Positions 27,293-40,729 of a stretch of 64,000 bases of DNA are shown here, in pieces. The stretch is taken from the NCBI RefSeq assembly GCF_006345805.1, contig NC_043007.1, positions 16,430,001 to 16,494,000 of the forward strand, written 5' to 3'. The first letter of the stretch is position 1, and the number at the start of each line of letters is the position of its first letter. The stretch comes from Octopus sinensis (Eukaryota). The translations under genes and the position numbers were made by a program. The notes beneath the pieces were generated by a model that saw only the letters and a program-made list of their open reading frames with translations, did no database searches and was not told the origin of the DNA.

Positions 27293-30024
27293 ACTACTCT
27301 GAGGACTCTTTTTTGGCTTTTTTGTCTTGCAAGGTACTTGGAGACCCTGTCGATGCTGGTGCCATGTAAAAAGCACCCAATACACTTTGTAAAGTGGTTG
27401 GTCTTAGGAAGGGCATCCAGCTGTAGAAACCATGCCAAAACAAACAAAAGAGCCTGGTATGGCTTTCAGCTTTGCCAGCTCCTATCAAATTGTCCAACCC
27501 ATACCAGCATAGAAAAACAGACGTTAAATGATGATGATGATGATTACTAAACAACATTTAAACTTATGTTTCGGTTATTTGACTATCTGGTTCATGACCT
27601 AATTCTATTCAACATGTTATATAATTGGTAAGCTAGATGTTATGCACAAAACAATTTCAGCTACATAAAAAGCAAAAAGGCTATAGAAATGCAGTCCCAC
27701 GCATAAAAAAATAGCAACACAATGGCTTTCAAATTGTTATGATAATAGTTAGTAGTGTAAACTACATTCACATACCTTCCACTTTTTTTGGATGGTAGGT
27801 GTGATTTGAAAGAGATTTGCCTGTCTTTTCATGCATAATATCTGGTGGTAGCCAAACTGCAATTAAAGGAGATTGACTTACTTGGTTAGGGTGGAAACGT
27901 GAGACAAATTTTTAAATTCCATTTTCCCTGTGTAAAACAATATATGTAGCCTGTATTTTTACATATATATAAAACTTAAAGCACAGGCATAAGAAGTTCA
28001 CTTCGTAGCCATGTTTCTGGTTCACTCCCACTACACAACACCTTGAGCAAGTATCTTATTATAGTCACAGTCCAATGAATGCTTTGTGAATGTGTATATG
28101 TCTATATATAAGTGTGTTTATGTGTATTTGTGTATGTGCATAGCCATTCCAGACTCCACCACCACCACAACTTGGCAATCAGTATACGTTTGTTTACATC
28201 CCCATGATTTAGCAGTTCAGCAAAAAACACTGATATAATATGACTTCAAACAAGATAAGTGCTAGGGTCAAGTTAGTGCTCCAGCATGGCTGCAGTACAA
28301 TGACTAAAACAAGTGAAAGAATGAAAAACAAATATTACCATAATTTGGGTTATATATTTAAGAGATGAACCATGTACACCACTTGCATCATTTACATTCG
28401 ATGGATATATGCCCACGGGCATATGGTGTAGTGGTTAAGAGCACGGGCTACTAACCCCAAGATTCTAAGGTCAATTCCAAGCAGTGACCTGAACTATAAC
28501 AATAATAATAATAACATCGAAAACCACTATCTTATAGTCATGTGTGCAACACCTTAACCATTAAGTTGTACCTCCACACATACACATGTATGTGTGTGTT
28601 TTGGTCCACCAGCACTTGACAACCAGTATTAGTTTGTTTACATCCATGTAACTCAGTGGCCTGACAAAAGAGGGACAGAATAAGTAGCAGAATTAAAACA
28701 TAAATACTGGAGTCAATTTGTTTGGCTAAACCCCTCAAGGTGGTGCCCCAGCATGGTCACTGCCCAATGACAGAAAAGAGCCAATAAAAGATGCAAAAGA
28801 CATTTAAAGTAAGATTGCTCCTATGTTTTCACTCATTAAATACTTCAATAGATTAAATATTCCTTCGTCTAATAAAATGAGTTGTGCAGGGAAGAGGGAA
28901 CAACAAATAGAGCCTTGCTTATTTTTGATTTAGATTGCAGTTCAGTCTGTGTTATGTTCACAGTGAGCTGATCCATTGTTTTAAATCAACTACAACAAAC
29001 CAATGTTGAAATTGCTGGGAGCTTTACACACCCTGGTTTCCCTGGGTATTATATTTCTAGATTTTATTTACATACTTCACCGACTTAATCAAAAGAACAC
29101 AAGCAGCCCCCATAACCTGTTTCAAGGCCTGTGGAATTAAGTTTCCCTGCTGATCAGAAAGCTAACCTAAATGTTTACAACACAGTGGACTCGGCTAAAG
29201 TCACCTAAGGGCCTGATGGTGATTTTGTACCAGGTGATAGGTTAACTCTTTTAATGCCAACTAAATTGCCTCCAGTTTTATGACACAAACCTCCTGTTGT
29301 GTTTTGATCTCAATTGAAATTTCCTATTAAAATCTTATGTTAATTTGTTCTAGACACCAGCTTAATTAATTATTTTGAACCTTAATGAAACAAAGGCAGT
29401 GTATTTCAACAGAGGAAATAAATATCAAACTCAAAATATCAGCATCAAAATAATATCAAATGGAAATTGTAGTTGTGATACCTGTGCCGGTGGCACGTAA
29501 AATGCAACATCCAAACGTGGCCGATGCCAGTGCCACCTTGACTGGCTTCCGTGCCAGTGGCAGGTAAAAAGCACCAACTGATCGTGGCCGCTGCCAGCCT
29601 CCCCTGGCACCTGTGACGGTGGCACATAAAAAGCACCCACTACACTCACGGAGTGGTTGGTGTTAGGAAGGGCATCCAGGTGTAGAAACACTGCCAGATC
29701 AGACTGGAGCCTGGTGCAGCCTCCTGGCTTCCCAGACCCCAGTCAAACCGTCCAACCCATGCTAGCATGGAAAACGGACGTTAAACGATGATGATGAAGT
29801 TGTGTAGCTTAGTGGTTAGGGAATCTAGCTCATGATTGTAAGGTCATGAGGTCAATTCCCAGCAATGCATTGTGTCCTTGAACAAGACACTTTATTTCAC
29901 ATTGCTCCAATTCACTCAGTTGGCAAAAATGAACCATACCTGTTGTTCAAAGTGTTGGCCTTGTCACATTCTGTGTCATACTGAATCCCCCTGAAAACTG
30001 CATTAAGGGTACGTGTGTCTGTGG

Positions 30025-30623
30025 TGGTGAGCTGGCAGAAACGTTAGCAAGCCGGGCAAAATGCATAGCCATATTTCGTCTGCCATTACGTTCTGAGTTC
30101 AAATTCCTCTGAGGTCGACTTTGCCCTTCATCCTTTCGGGGTCGATTAAATAAGTACCAGTTACACACTGGGGTCGATATAATTGACTTAATCCGTTTGT
30201 CTGTCCTTATTTGTCCCTTCTGTGTTTAGCCCCTTGTGGGTAGTAAAGAAATAGGTATTTCATCTGCCGTTACGTTCTGAGTTCAAATTCCGCCGAGGTT
30301 GACTTTGCCTCTCATCCTTCCGGGGTTGATTAAATAAGTACCAGTTACACACTCGGGTCGATATAATTGACTTAATCCCTTTGTCTGTCCTTGTTTGTCC
30401 CTTCTGTGTTTAGCCCCTTGTGGGTAGTAAAGAAATAGGTATTTCATCTGCCGTTACGTTCTGAGTTCAAATTCCGCCGAGGTTGACTTTGCCTCTCATC
30501 CTTCCGGGGTTGATTAAATAAGTACCAGTTACACACTCGGGTCGATATAATTGACTTAATCCCTTTGTCTGTCCTTGTTTGTCCCTTCTGTGTTTAGCCC
30601 CTTGTGGGTAGTAAAGAAATAGG
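30025..30623 (+). mobile_element. Family B SINE trimer (head + 3 x 184 bp) nested in another SINE
   Basis: Units start at 30070, 30254 and 30438; TSD TA(C/T)GTGTGTCTGTGG at 30010-30024 and 30624-30638. Confidence 0.88.
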
Positions 30624-31026
30624 TATGTGTGTCTGTGGAGTGCTCAGCTACTTGCACAGTAATTTCACGAGCAGGCTGTTCCATTGATTGGATCAAGTCG
30701 AACTCTTGTCATTGTTGTTTTATTTCAACAGAAATATGATAACAAATGGGTTGAGTCTGTTTTTGTTTAACCACAAACCAGCTCTGATTCAGCTGCTGTA
30801 TGATCAAATGGTAAAACGTCAGTTACATGAAGATTCCATTACCACCTACCTCACTTCATTAACAACAGGGTGCAGGAGAGGAACCTGTTGGAGGTATCCT
30901 GTATCATCTTGTAGTTAAAACATGAAATTTGGTTACGATTGTCTTGTTTACATCAAATGTATTGAACTCTGTATTTCTTGTTCAGTTTAATTTCTAATTA
31001 ATTCAACATCTTTTTTCTATCTTCAG

Positions 31027-31104
31027 GTCTGAAGAATGGAAATTTATCAGTCAAGCTGAAAGAAATGAAATTGGTTTGGTGTACGAAGATGATGGAGAAT
31101 TTTG
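31027..31104 (+). CDS. CAPN-like: Calpain exon SEEWKFISQAERNEIGLVYEDDGEF(W)
   Basis: tttctatcttcag acceptor, GTAAGT donor, 78 nt phase 2/2, DDGEFW motif completed across the junction. Confidence 0.96.
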
Positions 31105-31245
31105 GTAAGTGATTCCTTGGATAATCTATAATTTGTTTGCAGAAAGGATGCTAGCATCTCCTTCACTGATTTCTCATCATCATTTTATGCCTGTTAGGCT
31201 TGTTTATATATTACACAAACACAAAAAAGAAATTAATGTATATAT

Positions 31246-31658
31246 AGGCACAGGAGTGGCTTTGTGGTAAGTAGCTTGCTAACCAGCCACATAATTCCGG
31301 GTTCAGTCCCACTGCATGGCATCATGGGCAAGTGTCTTCTGCTATAGCCCCGGGCCGACCAATGCCTTGTGAGTGGATTTGGTAGACGAAAACTGAAAGA
31401 AGCCTGTCGTATATATGTGTATATATATATATATATGCGTGTGTGTGTTTGTGTGTCTGTGTTTGTCCCCCTAGCATTGCTTGACAACCGATGCTGGTGT
31501 GTTTATGTCCCTGTCACTTAGCAGTTCAGCAAAAGAGACCAATAGAATAAGTACTGGGCTTTCAAAGAATAAGTCCCAGGGTTGATTTGCTCGACTAAAG
31601 GCGGTGCTCCAGCATGGCCGCAGTCAAATGACTGAAACAAGTAAAAGAGAAAGAGAGA
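31246..31658 (+). mobile_element. tRNA-headed SINE with internal TA/TG microsatellite (family C)
   Basis: GGAGTGGCT(G/T)TGTGGTAAG head, GGGTTCAGTCCC B-box-like motif, AAAAGAG-type tail. Other approximate copies: 34131-34559(+), 19563-19985(-), 35085-35540(-), 37419-37795(+), 5190-5525(-). Confidence 0.85.
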
Positions 31659-32249
31659 AATAGTAAATTGAGAATTATACTGTGAGAATACTAGACTATT
31701 GGGTAAATTGCTTTGCAGTATATAAATACATTCATTTCTGTTCTAAGTCTTAATTCCTGCTGAAGTCAACTTTGCTGTTCATTATCCAATACAACGATCA
31801 CATGCTACACACGTTCCTTCCAAGCACTGCTGTAAACAACAGAAGTGAGCTAGATGTTAAAACTTAGTGCACGTGCGCAGCAGAGTTCAAGGTCAGTTTG
31901 TGCCAAGTGTCTTCACTCTACATGCTTTAGCTTCGTTACTATGACAACAGTCCAGATACTTGTTGATCAGACCACATATTTTGTCCCTGAAGAGCTTTCC
32001 TCTTGTGTGCATATGTGTGTGTGTTGTCAGTGTAGTTTGTAAATGTGATGAATTGATACACATTTAAAGCTGCATGTTAGTTTTTGAACAGCTTGCTTTC
32101 TTGTGTGTGTGTGTGGGGGGGGGTCTGTACAAGTGTGTGGATTCAAAACCTATGTCAGTTGTCTATGTATAAGTACTTACACACACACTCATTACACTTA
32201 TGGTACGACCAACTCTCAAGGAAGTTTATAAACAGAACAGAATGACAAT

Positions 32250-32301
32250 TTTATATATATACATATATATATATAAATCTGCATTTATAAATATATTTAT
32301 A

Positions 32302-32344
<43 letters not shown>

Positions 32345-32600
32345 GCTCATATATATATGCATATATATATGTATATGCATGTATAAATGTGTGTGTACAT
32401 ATATATATATATATTCATATTCATATATATATATATATTATGTATGTATGTATATATACATACATATGTATGTATGTATGTATGTATATATACATACATA
32501 TGTATGTATGTATGTATATATACATACATATGTATGTATGTATGTATGTATATATACATACATATGTATGTATGTATATATACATACATATATATGTATG

Positions 32601-32634
<34 letters not shown>

Positions 32635-32853
32635 TGCTCATATATATATGCATATATATATGTATATGCATGTATAAATGTGTGTGTACATATATATATG
32701 TATGTATGTATGTATATACACATACATATGTATGTATGTATGTATGTATATATACATACATATGTATGTATGTATGTATATATACATACATATGTATGTA
32801 TGTATAATATATACATACATATATATGTATGTATGTATATATATACATTCATA

Positions 32854-32889
<36 letters not shown>

Positions 32890-33025
32890 TATATATATAT
32901 ATATATATATACATACATACATATGTATGTATATCTATATATATATACATACATATGTATGTATATCTATATATATACATACATATGTATGTGTATACAC
33001 ACACACACACACACACATGTATGTG

Positions 33026-33060
<35 letters not shown>

Positions 33061-33082
33061 CACACACACACACACACATACA
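32250..33082. repeat. Compound (TA)n/(TATG)n/(CA)n microsatellite with an internal duplication
   Basis: The block GCTCATATATATATGCATATATATATGTATATGCATGTATAAATGTG occurs twice, about 290 bp apart. Confidence 0.95.
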
Positions 33083-33589
33083 TTAAATAAAAACCTTGGA
33101 AATTAATGTAGTTGAAAAAGATTGACAGGAATAATACGATCTGTTGTTTATTTTGCTTAATTACCAACCCCCCAACCCCGACCCCAACCAGGATTGCCAT
33201 CTTGTCTTTGAATTAGTTTCAAGTGGTCACTATAAACTGCACCTGCAGTCAGTGTTTTCCTATGAAACGTTGTGTACAAGGGCGCTGCTAGAAATAGCTG
33301 TCAAATCTACCTCATAAAGCACACCCAATTGTTTTAAAGGCAGTAACAAGGGATGTGGGTATACATGGGATAATGTAGTCCCTAAATAAATTATGTCTGT
33401 ATAAAGATAATGAATAGTTATGACAATATTATTATTATTATTATTAAGTCTACTAGCAGAAAGACTGCCCTCCAGGTGGTTTTCTGCTAGCCACTCACTA
33501 ATATTTCCATATTTGATTCCCAGTTCTAATAATTTTTATAATACTTTACATCTAATCATTTCTTTGTATAGTAGTGCTCACTTACAAGT

Positions 33590-33925
33590 GAAGGCACATG
33601 GCTCAGTGGTTAGAGCGTCAAGCTTACAATCGTGAGGTTGTGAGTTCGAATCCCGGACCAGGCTGCATGTTGTGTTCTTGAGTAAGACACTTTATTTCAC
33701 ATTGCTCCAGTTCACTCAGCCATAGAAATGAGTTGTGATGTCACAGGTGCCAAGCTGTATCGGCCCATTTGCCTTTCCCTTGGATAACACTGGTGGCGTC
33801 GAGAGGGCAGGTCGGTATGCGTGGGCGACTGCTGGTCTTCCGTAAACAACATTGCCTGGACTTGTGCCTGGGAGAGTAACTTTCTAGGTGCAATCCCATG
33901 GTCAGTCATGACCGAAGGGGGTCTC
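33590..33925 (+). mobile_element. tRNA-headed SINE (family E)
   Basis: TGGCTCAGTGGTTAGAGC A-box, GAGTTCGAATCCC B-box, 3' end CATGACCGAAGGGGGTCTC; degenerate relatives about 45317-45640 and 46920-47140. Confidence 0.8.
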
Positions 33926-34564
33926 AGCTACTTAGTAAATATTGCTTTCATTATTTTATCACAGTTTCTCGAGTTTTACCTTCACCTCAATGCAACATAG
34001 AGATTTCAATTCAGCTGCCCATCTGGAAGCTTTGCAGTGTGTATGTGTGAGAGTGAGAGAGAGAGAGAACATTGCAAACAAGGAGTGAAATAAACATAAA
34101 ATGAAAAATTTGTATAAATAAAAGGGCAATGCGCAGGAGTGGCTGTGTGGTAAGTAGCTTGCTAACCAACCACATGATTCCGGGTTCAGTCCCTCTGTGT
34201 GGCATCTTGGGTAAGTGTCTTCTGCTATAGCCTCGGGCCGACCAAAGCCTTGTGAGTGGATTTGGTAGACGGAAACTGAAAGAAGCCTGTTGTATATATG
34301 TATATGTATATATATATATGTATGTATGTGTATGTGTTTGTGTGTCTGTGTTTGTCCCCCTAGCATTGCTTGACAACCGATGCTGGTGTGTTTACGTCCC
34401 CGTCACTTAGCGGTTCGGCAAAAGAGACCGATAGAATAAGTACTGGGCTTACAAAGAATAAGTCCTGGGGTCGATTTGCTCGACTAAAGGCGGTGCTCCA
34501 GCATGGCCACAGTCAAATGACTGAAACACGTAAAAGAGTAAAGAGAGAAAAGAGTAAAGATGTA

Positions 34565-34959
34565 CTAGCTGTATCGCCCGGCGTTGCTTGGGTTTGTAAG
34601 GGAAATAACTATATAAGCATTTTTAGAGATGTAAAGTATAATAGCCATCTCAATATGGCTAACCACAAAGTGGGGGGGGTGTTACTGTAGCTTTTTACGT
34701 TCTGAGATTTAATAATAAATTTTTAGAGAGTTACTTCCCTTATATATGCCAAAAATGCATTAAAAATAGGAAAAATTGATGATTTTTTTTTAAATCGTAG
34801 ACTCATCGTAGACGCGCGCTAATACCCAGAAGGGCTCGATATGAATCACGACTATAAGATACCCGGTTTTGGTTAAACTGCACCGCAAAATGTGGGAGTA
34901 GTTAGGAATCTAAATCGTAGGAGACAGACAGCACACAACCTCTCTTTTATATATAAAGA
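34565..34959 (-). mobile_element. Non-autonomous Helitron (second family)
   Basis: Minus strand: 5' A|TCTTTATATATAAAAG, 3' ACCCAAGCAACGCCGGGCG hairpin-like motif then CTAG|T. Confidence 0.75.
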
Positions 34960-35307
34960 TATGCTGCTGACTTTGTTGCCTCAAAGTTCATCTTGTGGTT
35001 TACACACGTCTAAGAGGACTATTTTCACCCAGGACTGTCTTGCAGGGGAAAGTCTCATGCCTGAGTGCATGTTGAATATGTCATTCAGTCATTTGACTGT
35101 GGCCATGCTGGAGCACTGACTTTAGTCGAGCAAATCGACCCCAGGACTTATTCTTTGTAAGCCTAGTACTTATTCTATTGGTCTCTTTTGCCAAACTGCT
35201 AAGTTACGGAAACGTAAATACACCACCATTGGTTGTCAAGCGATGTTGGGGGGAGCAAACACAGACACACAACATACACACACACACTCACACTCACACA
35301 CACATGC

Positions 35308-35360
<53 letters not shown>

Positions 35361-35559
35361 ATATATATGCACACACATATACGACAGGCTTCTTTTAGTT
35401 TCCGACTATCAAATCCACTCACAAAGCTTTGGTCGGCCCGAGGCTATAGTAGAAGACACTTGCCCAAGGTGCCATGCAGTTGGACTGAACCCGGAACCAT
35501 GTGGTTTGTAAGCAAGCTACTTACCACACAGCCACTCTTACACCCTATAGTAGAAAGGA

Positions 35560-35596
<37 letters not shown>

Positions 35597-35655
35597 CATT
35601 ATTATTATTATCATCATTATTATTATTTTCTTCTGGTTCTTCTCTTAATTATCAG

Positions 35656-35831
35656 GATGTCATTCCAAGATTTTGTATCCAATTTCCAAAAACTTGAAAT
35701 CTGTAACTTGGCTCCTGATTCTCTGGATGAAGATGAGTTGAATGCCAGATCAAAGAAACGCTGGGAATCTACCTGTGAATCTGGCTCATGGGTAAAGAGA
35801 GTGAGTGCTGGCGGTTGCAGAAACTATCTTG
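35656..35831 (+). CDS. CAPN-like: Calpain exon, end of protease core and start of domain III: MSFQDFVSNFQKLEICNL...SAGGCRNYL
   Basis: atcag acceptor, GTAATT donor, 176 nt phase 2 to 1; LEICNL and AGGCRN motifs. Confidence 0.96.
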
Positions 35832-37878
35832 GTAATTTTATTTACTGATCTTGAAAAATGCCAGTTTTTTTGTCTGTTTTTGTTGTCTTATTTTTCATCT
35901 CTTACTTGTTTCAGCTGTTGGACTTTGGCCATGCTGGGGCATTGCCTTGAAGGGTTTTAGTCAAACAAATCAACCTCAGTATTTACTTTTTTAAGTTTGG
36001 TATTTACTCTATCCACTATCGTAAAGGTCAGTTGTGTTTTGCAGGGTTGCCTTATTTTTACCCTTAACTCACAAATGGAGAAAGACAAAATTCTAGATAT
36101 TAAAAAAAAACAAGCCACTTGGGGCTAGAAATAAAGTGGAAAAATATGAAATTCTTTGAGCAAGCATGTGTCTTATGCAAAACCTGTGATGAGCCCGAGT
36201 GACGCTGATGTCCTGGAGTCACCTCTGTATTGTACAGTGCAGAGTATGTACGTATATTGGTGCTGACATGTAAAATAATTTATTAAACGCTGAAATTGTT
36301 ATTACGTAATGAAGGCTGCAAAATGGCTGTAATCTTAAGAATATTCATCATCATCATTTAACGTCTGTTCTCCATGCTAGCATGGGATGGACGGTTCGAC
36401 CGGGGATCTGGGAAGCCAGAAGGCTGCACCAGGCTCCAGTCTGATCTGGCAGTCTTTCTACAGCTGGATGCCCTTCCTAACGCCAACCACTCCAAGAGTG
36501 TAGTGGGTGCTTTTTACGTGCCACTGGCACAGGCGCCAGGCGAGGCTGGCAACGGCCACGATCAGATTGGTGCTTTTTACGTGCCACTGGCACAGAAGCC
36601 TGTCCAGGTGGCGCTGGCATTGGCCACGTTCGGCCAGCGCCGCCTAGACTGGCTTCCGTGCCGGTGGCAAAGTGATTAAATATATTCACCTCTCATACTT
36701 CCTGACTTTTTATGGTTTATATATGACTCATGAAATAATTTCATCAATTGGATCTCTTGGATTTTAGCTGCATAGAACTCTGCATTATGCTCCTCCATAT
36801 TGGAATACTATGTGGTATGATAGCTGGGTCCACTTGTGGAGCTTTCTGTGATAGCCAAAGGATTTTAAGAATCCATATATTGCACTACAAATTTATGTTG
36901 AATTCAATGTTTTCTTGAAACTATAAATTTCTATAGAGTTTAAGATTTAAATTCCAATCTATGAAAAATTAGTCTTTTACACCTACCAGGCTCATTCATA
37001 TTAGCCAGAGTTGCTGGATAATTTTTCGTTCCTTTAAGAATATTGTAGAATGGAGATTTTTCATAGATTGGAATTTAAATCCTAAACTCTATAGAAATTT
37101 AGAAATATCTTTATTTTATTCATTCTGCAAGGATGCCTTTCAATGACAACCTCTATTTTTAATGTTGCAACTGATAATCTTCTCTTCAACATTTATTCCA
37201 AGTTATAAATGTTTGAAGAAAAGCACTTAACGATATAAGTTAGTGGCAAGTAGCGACAAGGGATTTCTGTATACATTGTTTGTATATATTTTAATAGCCC
37301 TTATGTGTATATAGCCTTAAGGAGATATTCAAAACAGACCAAGGCAAATAGACTTATGTATCTTGCCCAGAAAGAAGAGCAATGCAGTAGCTGCAACAAG
37401 TTTTTAAATCTTGAACATGTGTGGCTGTGTGGTAAGAAGCTTGCTTCCCAACCGCATGGTTCTGGGTTCAGTCCCACTGTGTGGCACCTTGGGCAAATGT
37501 CTTTTACTATAGCCTTAGGTTGATCAAAGCCTTGTGAGTAGATTTGGTAGATGGAAACTGAAACAAGCCCATCCCATCATGTGTGTGTGTGTGTGTGTAT
37601 ATACATATGTGTGTGTGTATGTATATATGTATGTGTTTACGTCCCTGTAACCTAGCAGTTCGGCTAATGATTCCAATAAAATAAGTACTAGGCTTACAAA
37701 GAATAAATCCAGGAGTTCATTTCTTCAACTAACAAACCCTTTAAGGCAGTGCTCCAGCATGGCCACAGTCAAATGACTGAAACAAGTATAAGAATTTTTT
37801 AAATATCTTCAAATCTATTGTTTCACAAACATTTCTGAGACAGTTTCTTTTAATTTATTTCTCCATCTTACTTTCTAG

Positions 37879-38042
37879 ATACATTTTGGACCAACCCTCA
37901 GTTTAAGGTCAGCCTCACCGATCCTGATGATGATGATGATGACAATATGTGTACTTTGTTGATTGCTGTACTTCAGAAGGACAGACGTAAAAACAAGAAG
38001 CAGGGCATTGAAATGCTAACCATTGGTTACATGATTTACAAG
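37879..38042 (+). CDS. CAPN-like: Calpain domain III (C2-like) exon: (D)TFWTNPQFKVSLTDPDDDDDDNMCTLLIAVLQKDRRKNKKQGIEMLTIGYMIYK
   Basis: ctttctag acceptor, GTACGT donor, 164 nt phase 1 to 0; TFWTNPQF motif and acidic loop. Confidence 0.96.
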
Positions 38043-38300
38043 GTACGTCACTGATAAATGTTGTCTACAAAATATTTAGCTGCTCACTGTTAGCTTTGTA
38101 ATATACTGAGCATATGTCATTGCAAAATATTGGTTATGTGTTCAATAACCAGGGACGTGTTGTGCTTGAGCAAGACACTTTATTTCATGTTGCCTCAGTT
38201 CACCCGGCTGGCAAAACCAAGTAGTACCTGTATTTTAAAGGGCCAGGCTTGTCGCACTGACTCTCCCTGAGAATTACATTAAGGGTATGCATGTCTGTGG

Positions 38301-38690
38301 AGGCGAGCTGGCAGAAACGTTAGCACGCCGGGCGAAATGTTTAGCGGTATTCCATCTGCCGCTACGTTCTGAGTTCAAATTCCGCTGAGGTCGACTTTGC
38401 CTTTCATCCTTTCGGGGTCGATTAAATAAGTACCAGTTACGCACTGGGGTCGATATAATCGACCTAATCCGTTTGTATGTCCTTGTTTGTCCTCTCTGTG
38501 TTTAGCCCCTTGTGGGTAGTAAAGAAATAGGTATTTCGTCTGCCGCTACGTTCTGAGTTCAAATTCTGCCGAGGTCGACTTTCATTCTTTCGGGGTCGAT
38601 TAAATAAGTACCAGTTATGCACTGGGGTCGATATAATCGACTTAATCCGTTTGTCTGTCCTTGTTTGTCCTCTCTGTGTTTAGCCCCTTG
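38301..38690 (+). mobile_element. Family B SINE dimer nested in another SINE
   Basis: Units start at 38346 and 38530; TSD TATGCATGTCTGTGG at 38286-38300 and 38691-38705. Confidence 0.88.
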
Positions 38691-39577
38691 TATGCATGTC
38701 TGTGGAGTGCTCAGCCTCTTGTTCATTTCACAAGCAGGCTTTTCCATTGATCAGATCAACTGGAATTTGAGGTATGATATAACTGTATGGTATATTATTT
38801 CTAACTATTGTATATATGATATACAAAGCAAAAGCACCATCCCATCATGGCCGTTTGCCAGCCTCCCCTGGCACCTGTGCAGGTGGCACGTAAAAAGCAC
38901 CCACTACACTCATGGAGTGGTTGGCATTAGGAAGGGCATCCAGCCGTAGAAACACTGCCAGATCAGACTGGGCCTGGCGCAGCCTTCTGGCTTCCCAGAC
39001 CCCAGTTGAACCGTCCAACCCATGCTAGCATGGAAAACGGACGAAAAACGATGATGGTGATGATAGTTAATATATAGTTAACATATATATATACATCACT
39101 GGATTATAAGAACATATGCCAGCTCCGGTGAAACTGTCCAACCCATGCTAGCATGGACAACAGACATTAAATGATGATGACGATGACGATGCAGCAGCAG
39201 CAGCCAATCAAGAATTTGGACCTAGAGATCTCCATTTCCAGCGACTTTGAGGGCCACTTCCCAGTGGTGTCGGGTGTCAACGAAGAGCCCTCGACTACAA
39301 AATGACCAAAGTTTTTTGGGTTTTTTCCAAGGTCTGGGGTCTCCCACCCCTAAGCCCTAGACCATCACCTAATCACCCTTACCAGTCTTGTTGCTTAACA
39401 ACAACAACAGCAGCATTTCTGCATCGTTACACTTCACCAGCTACCAACACCAAATTTGTTATTCATGGCCTGATGACTGATTTATTCATTTGAAAACATC
39501 CATACATGCAAGAGTGTGTTTGCGTGTATCATTGTCTTCACATCACACAATGGTCATAGATGACCATCACCATCATA

Positions 39578-39798
39578 CAAGGCAGGTTGCTGAAAAGTCC
39601 CTGGCTTTGGGTAAAAGAAAATGCAGGAGATTCAGTTAAATATCGTTTTATTCAACATATTCCCCTCTCAGGTTCAAAAACCTATTGCAATGATTCTTTC
39701 AGTTTTTCTAAACCCTGTGAAAGAACTCAGAAGGTTGGGCCTCCAACCAGGCTTTTCCCTATATCCTAAAAGCCAGGAACTTTTCAGGACCCACCTCA
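39578..39798 (-). mobile_element. Mariner-derived MITE with transposase C-terminal remnant
   Basis: TA at both flanks; imperfect TIRs (...GCTGAAAAGTCCCTGGCT / AGCCAGGAACTTTTTCAG...); minus-strand remnant GLEKL and NLRGEYVE-stop across frameshifts. Confidence 0.75.
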
Positions 39799-40422
39799 TA
39801 CAAGTGATGCGGTTTATTTTCAGTCTTCCATGAAAAATATATCTGGCTGTGGGAAATATTACCTTGCTTGAAAACAGGTGAAGGTTTGTGACAAGAAGGG
39901 CCTTCAATCTTAGAAAAATTTGCTTCTATATGGGCCATCTGACCATGTGAGCAAGGTAAACTGGCCATTAAATATTGATGAAACTAGAACAGATGCAGTT
40001 ACTGATTGAAATCTGTCACCTGAATTAGCAGATTCAAAAAATCAAATGGAAATTGTAGTTGTGATACCTGTGTCGGTGGCACGTTAAAAGCACCATCCGT
40101 ACGTGGCCGATGCCAGTGCCGCCTTGACTGGCTTCCATGCCGGTGGCACGTGAAAAGCACCTACTACACTCACAAAGTGGTTGGCATTAGGAATTACATC
40201 CAGCCGTAGAAACACTGCCAGATCAGACTGGAGCCTGGTGCAGCCTCCTGGCTTCCCAGACCCCGGTCAAACCGTCCAACCCATGCTAGCATGGAAAACA
40301 GACACTAAACGATGATGATGATGATTACATTTCAGTATTTGTGAACTTCTTGCCTAATCACACACAGAAATTTAAAATTAATCACTAGGCTAATTAGCGT
40401 TTTTCTTAATTTCTTTCTCTAG

Positions 40423-40637
40423 CTGAGTGATGATGCCATGGGTGGGATACAAGATATGAACTTTTTCAAGTATCATCCATCATGTGGTAAATCTGCTTCC
40501 TTTATCAATATGCGTGAGATTTGTGGTCGACATAAGCTTGACCCGGGTAATTACGTAGTCGTACCTTCTACATTTGAACCAAACTGTGAAGGAGATTTCC
40601 TTGTAAGAGTCTTTACTGAGAAGGAGTCAACAGGAGG
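40423..40637 (+). CDS. CAPN-like: Calpain domain III exon: LSDDAMGGIQDMNFFKY...FINMREICGRHKLDPGNYVVVPSTFEPNCEGDFLVRVFTEKESTG(G)
   Basis: ttctttctctag acceptor, GTATGT donor, 215 nt phase 0 to 2; FINxRE, PGxYVVVPSTF and FLVRVF motifs. Confidence 0.97.
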
Positions 40638-40729
40638 GTATGTGATCTATTTTTCTTATCTTATCTTTGGTCTCTGTTTAATATTACCCATGTCTGTACC
40701 TATATTTTTTCTTTATATATATATATATA

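Noticed and set aside
33590-33665. tRNA genes at A/B-box-containing heads (also 7297, 28417, 59115)
   Set aside because: Each continues into a SINE body or degenerate sequence, and I could not fold a convincing cloverleaf; treated as SINE heads.
36924-37101. 46-bp inverted repeat (also a degenerate one at about 61488-61874) as members of the hammerhead fold-back group
   Set aside because: Real inverted repeats, but no GAAA/palindrome/GTH half site is visible; probably ordinary old MITEs.
39470-39505. CTGATGA...GAAAA as another hammerhead (also CTGACGA at about 626 and CTGATGA at about 49523)
   Set aside because: Stems II and III do not pair convincingly; the 626 site is a variant position within a family A SINE.
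38043-40422. Expected tiny exon found at this junction in vertebrate classical calpains
   Set aside because: No convincing AG...GT micro-exon was found, and the flanking exons join in frame with a sensible sequence.
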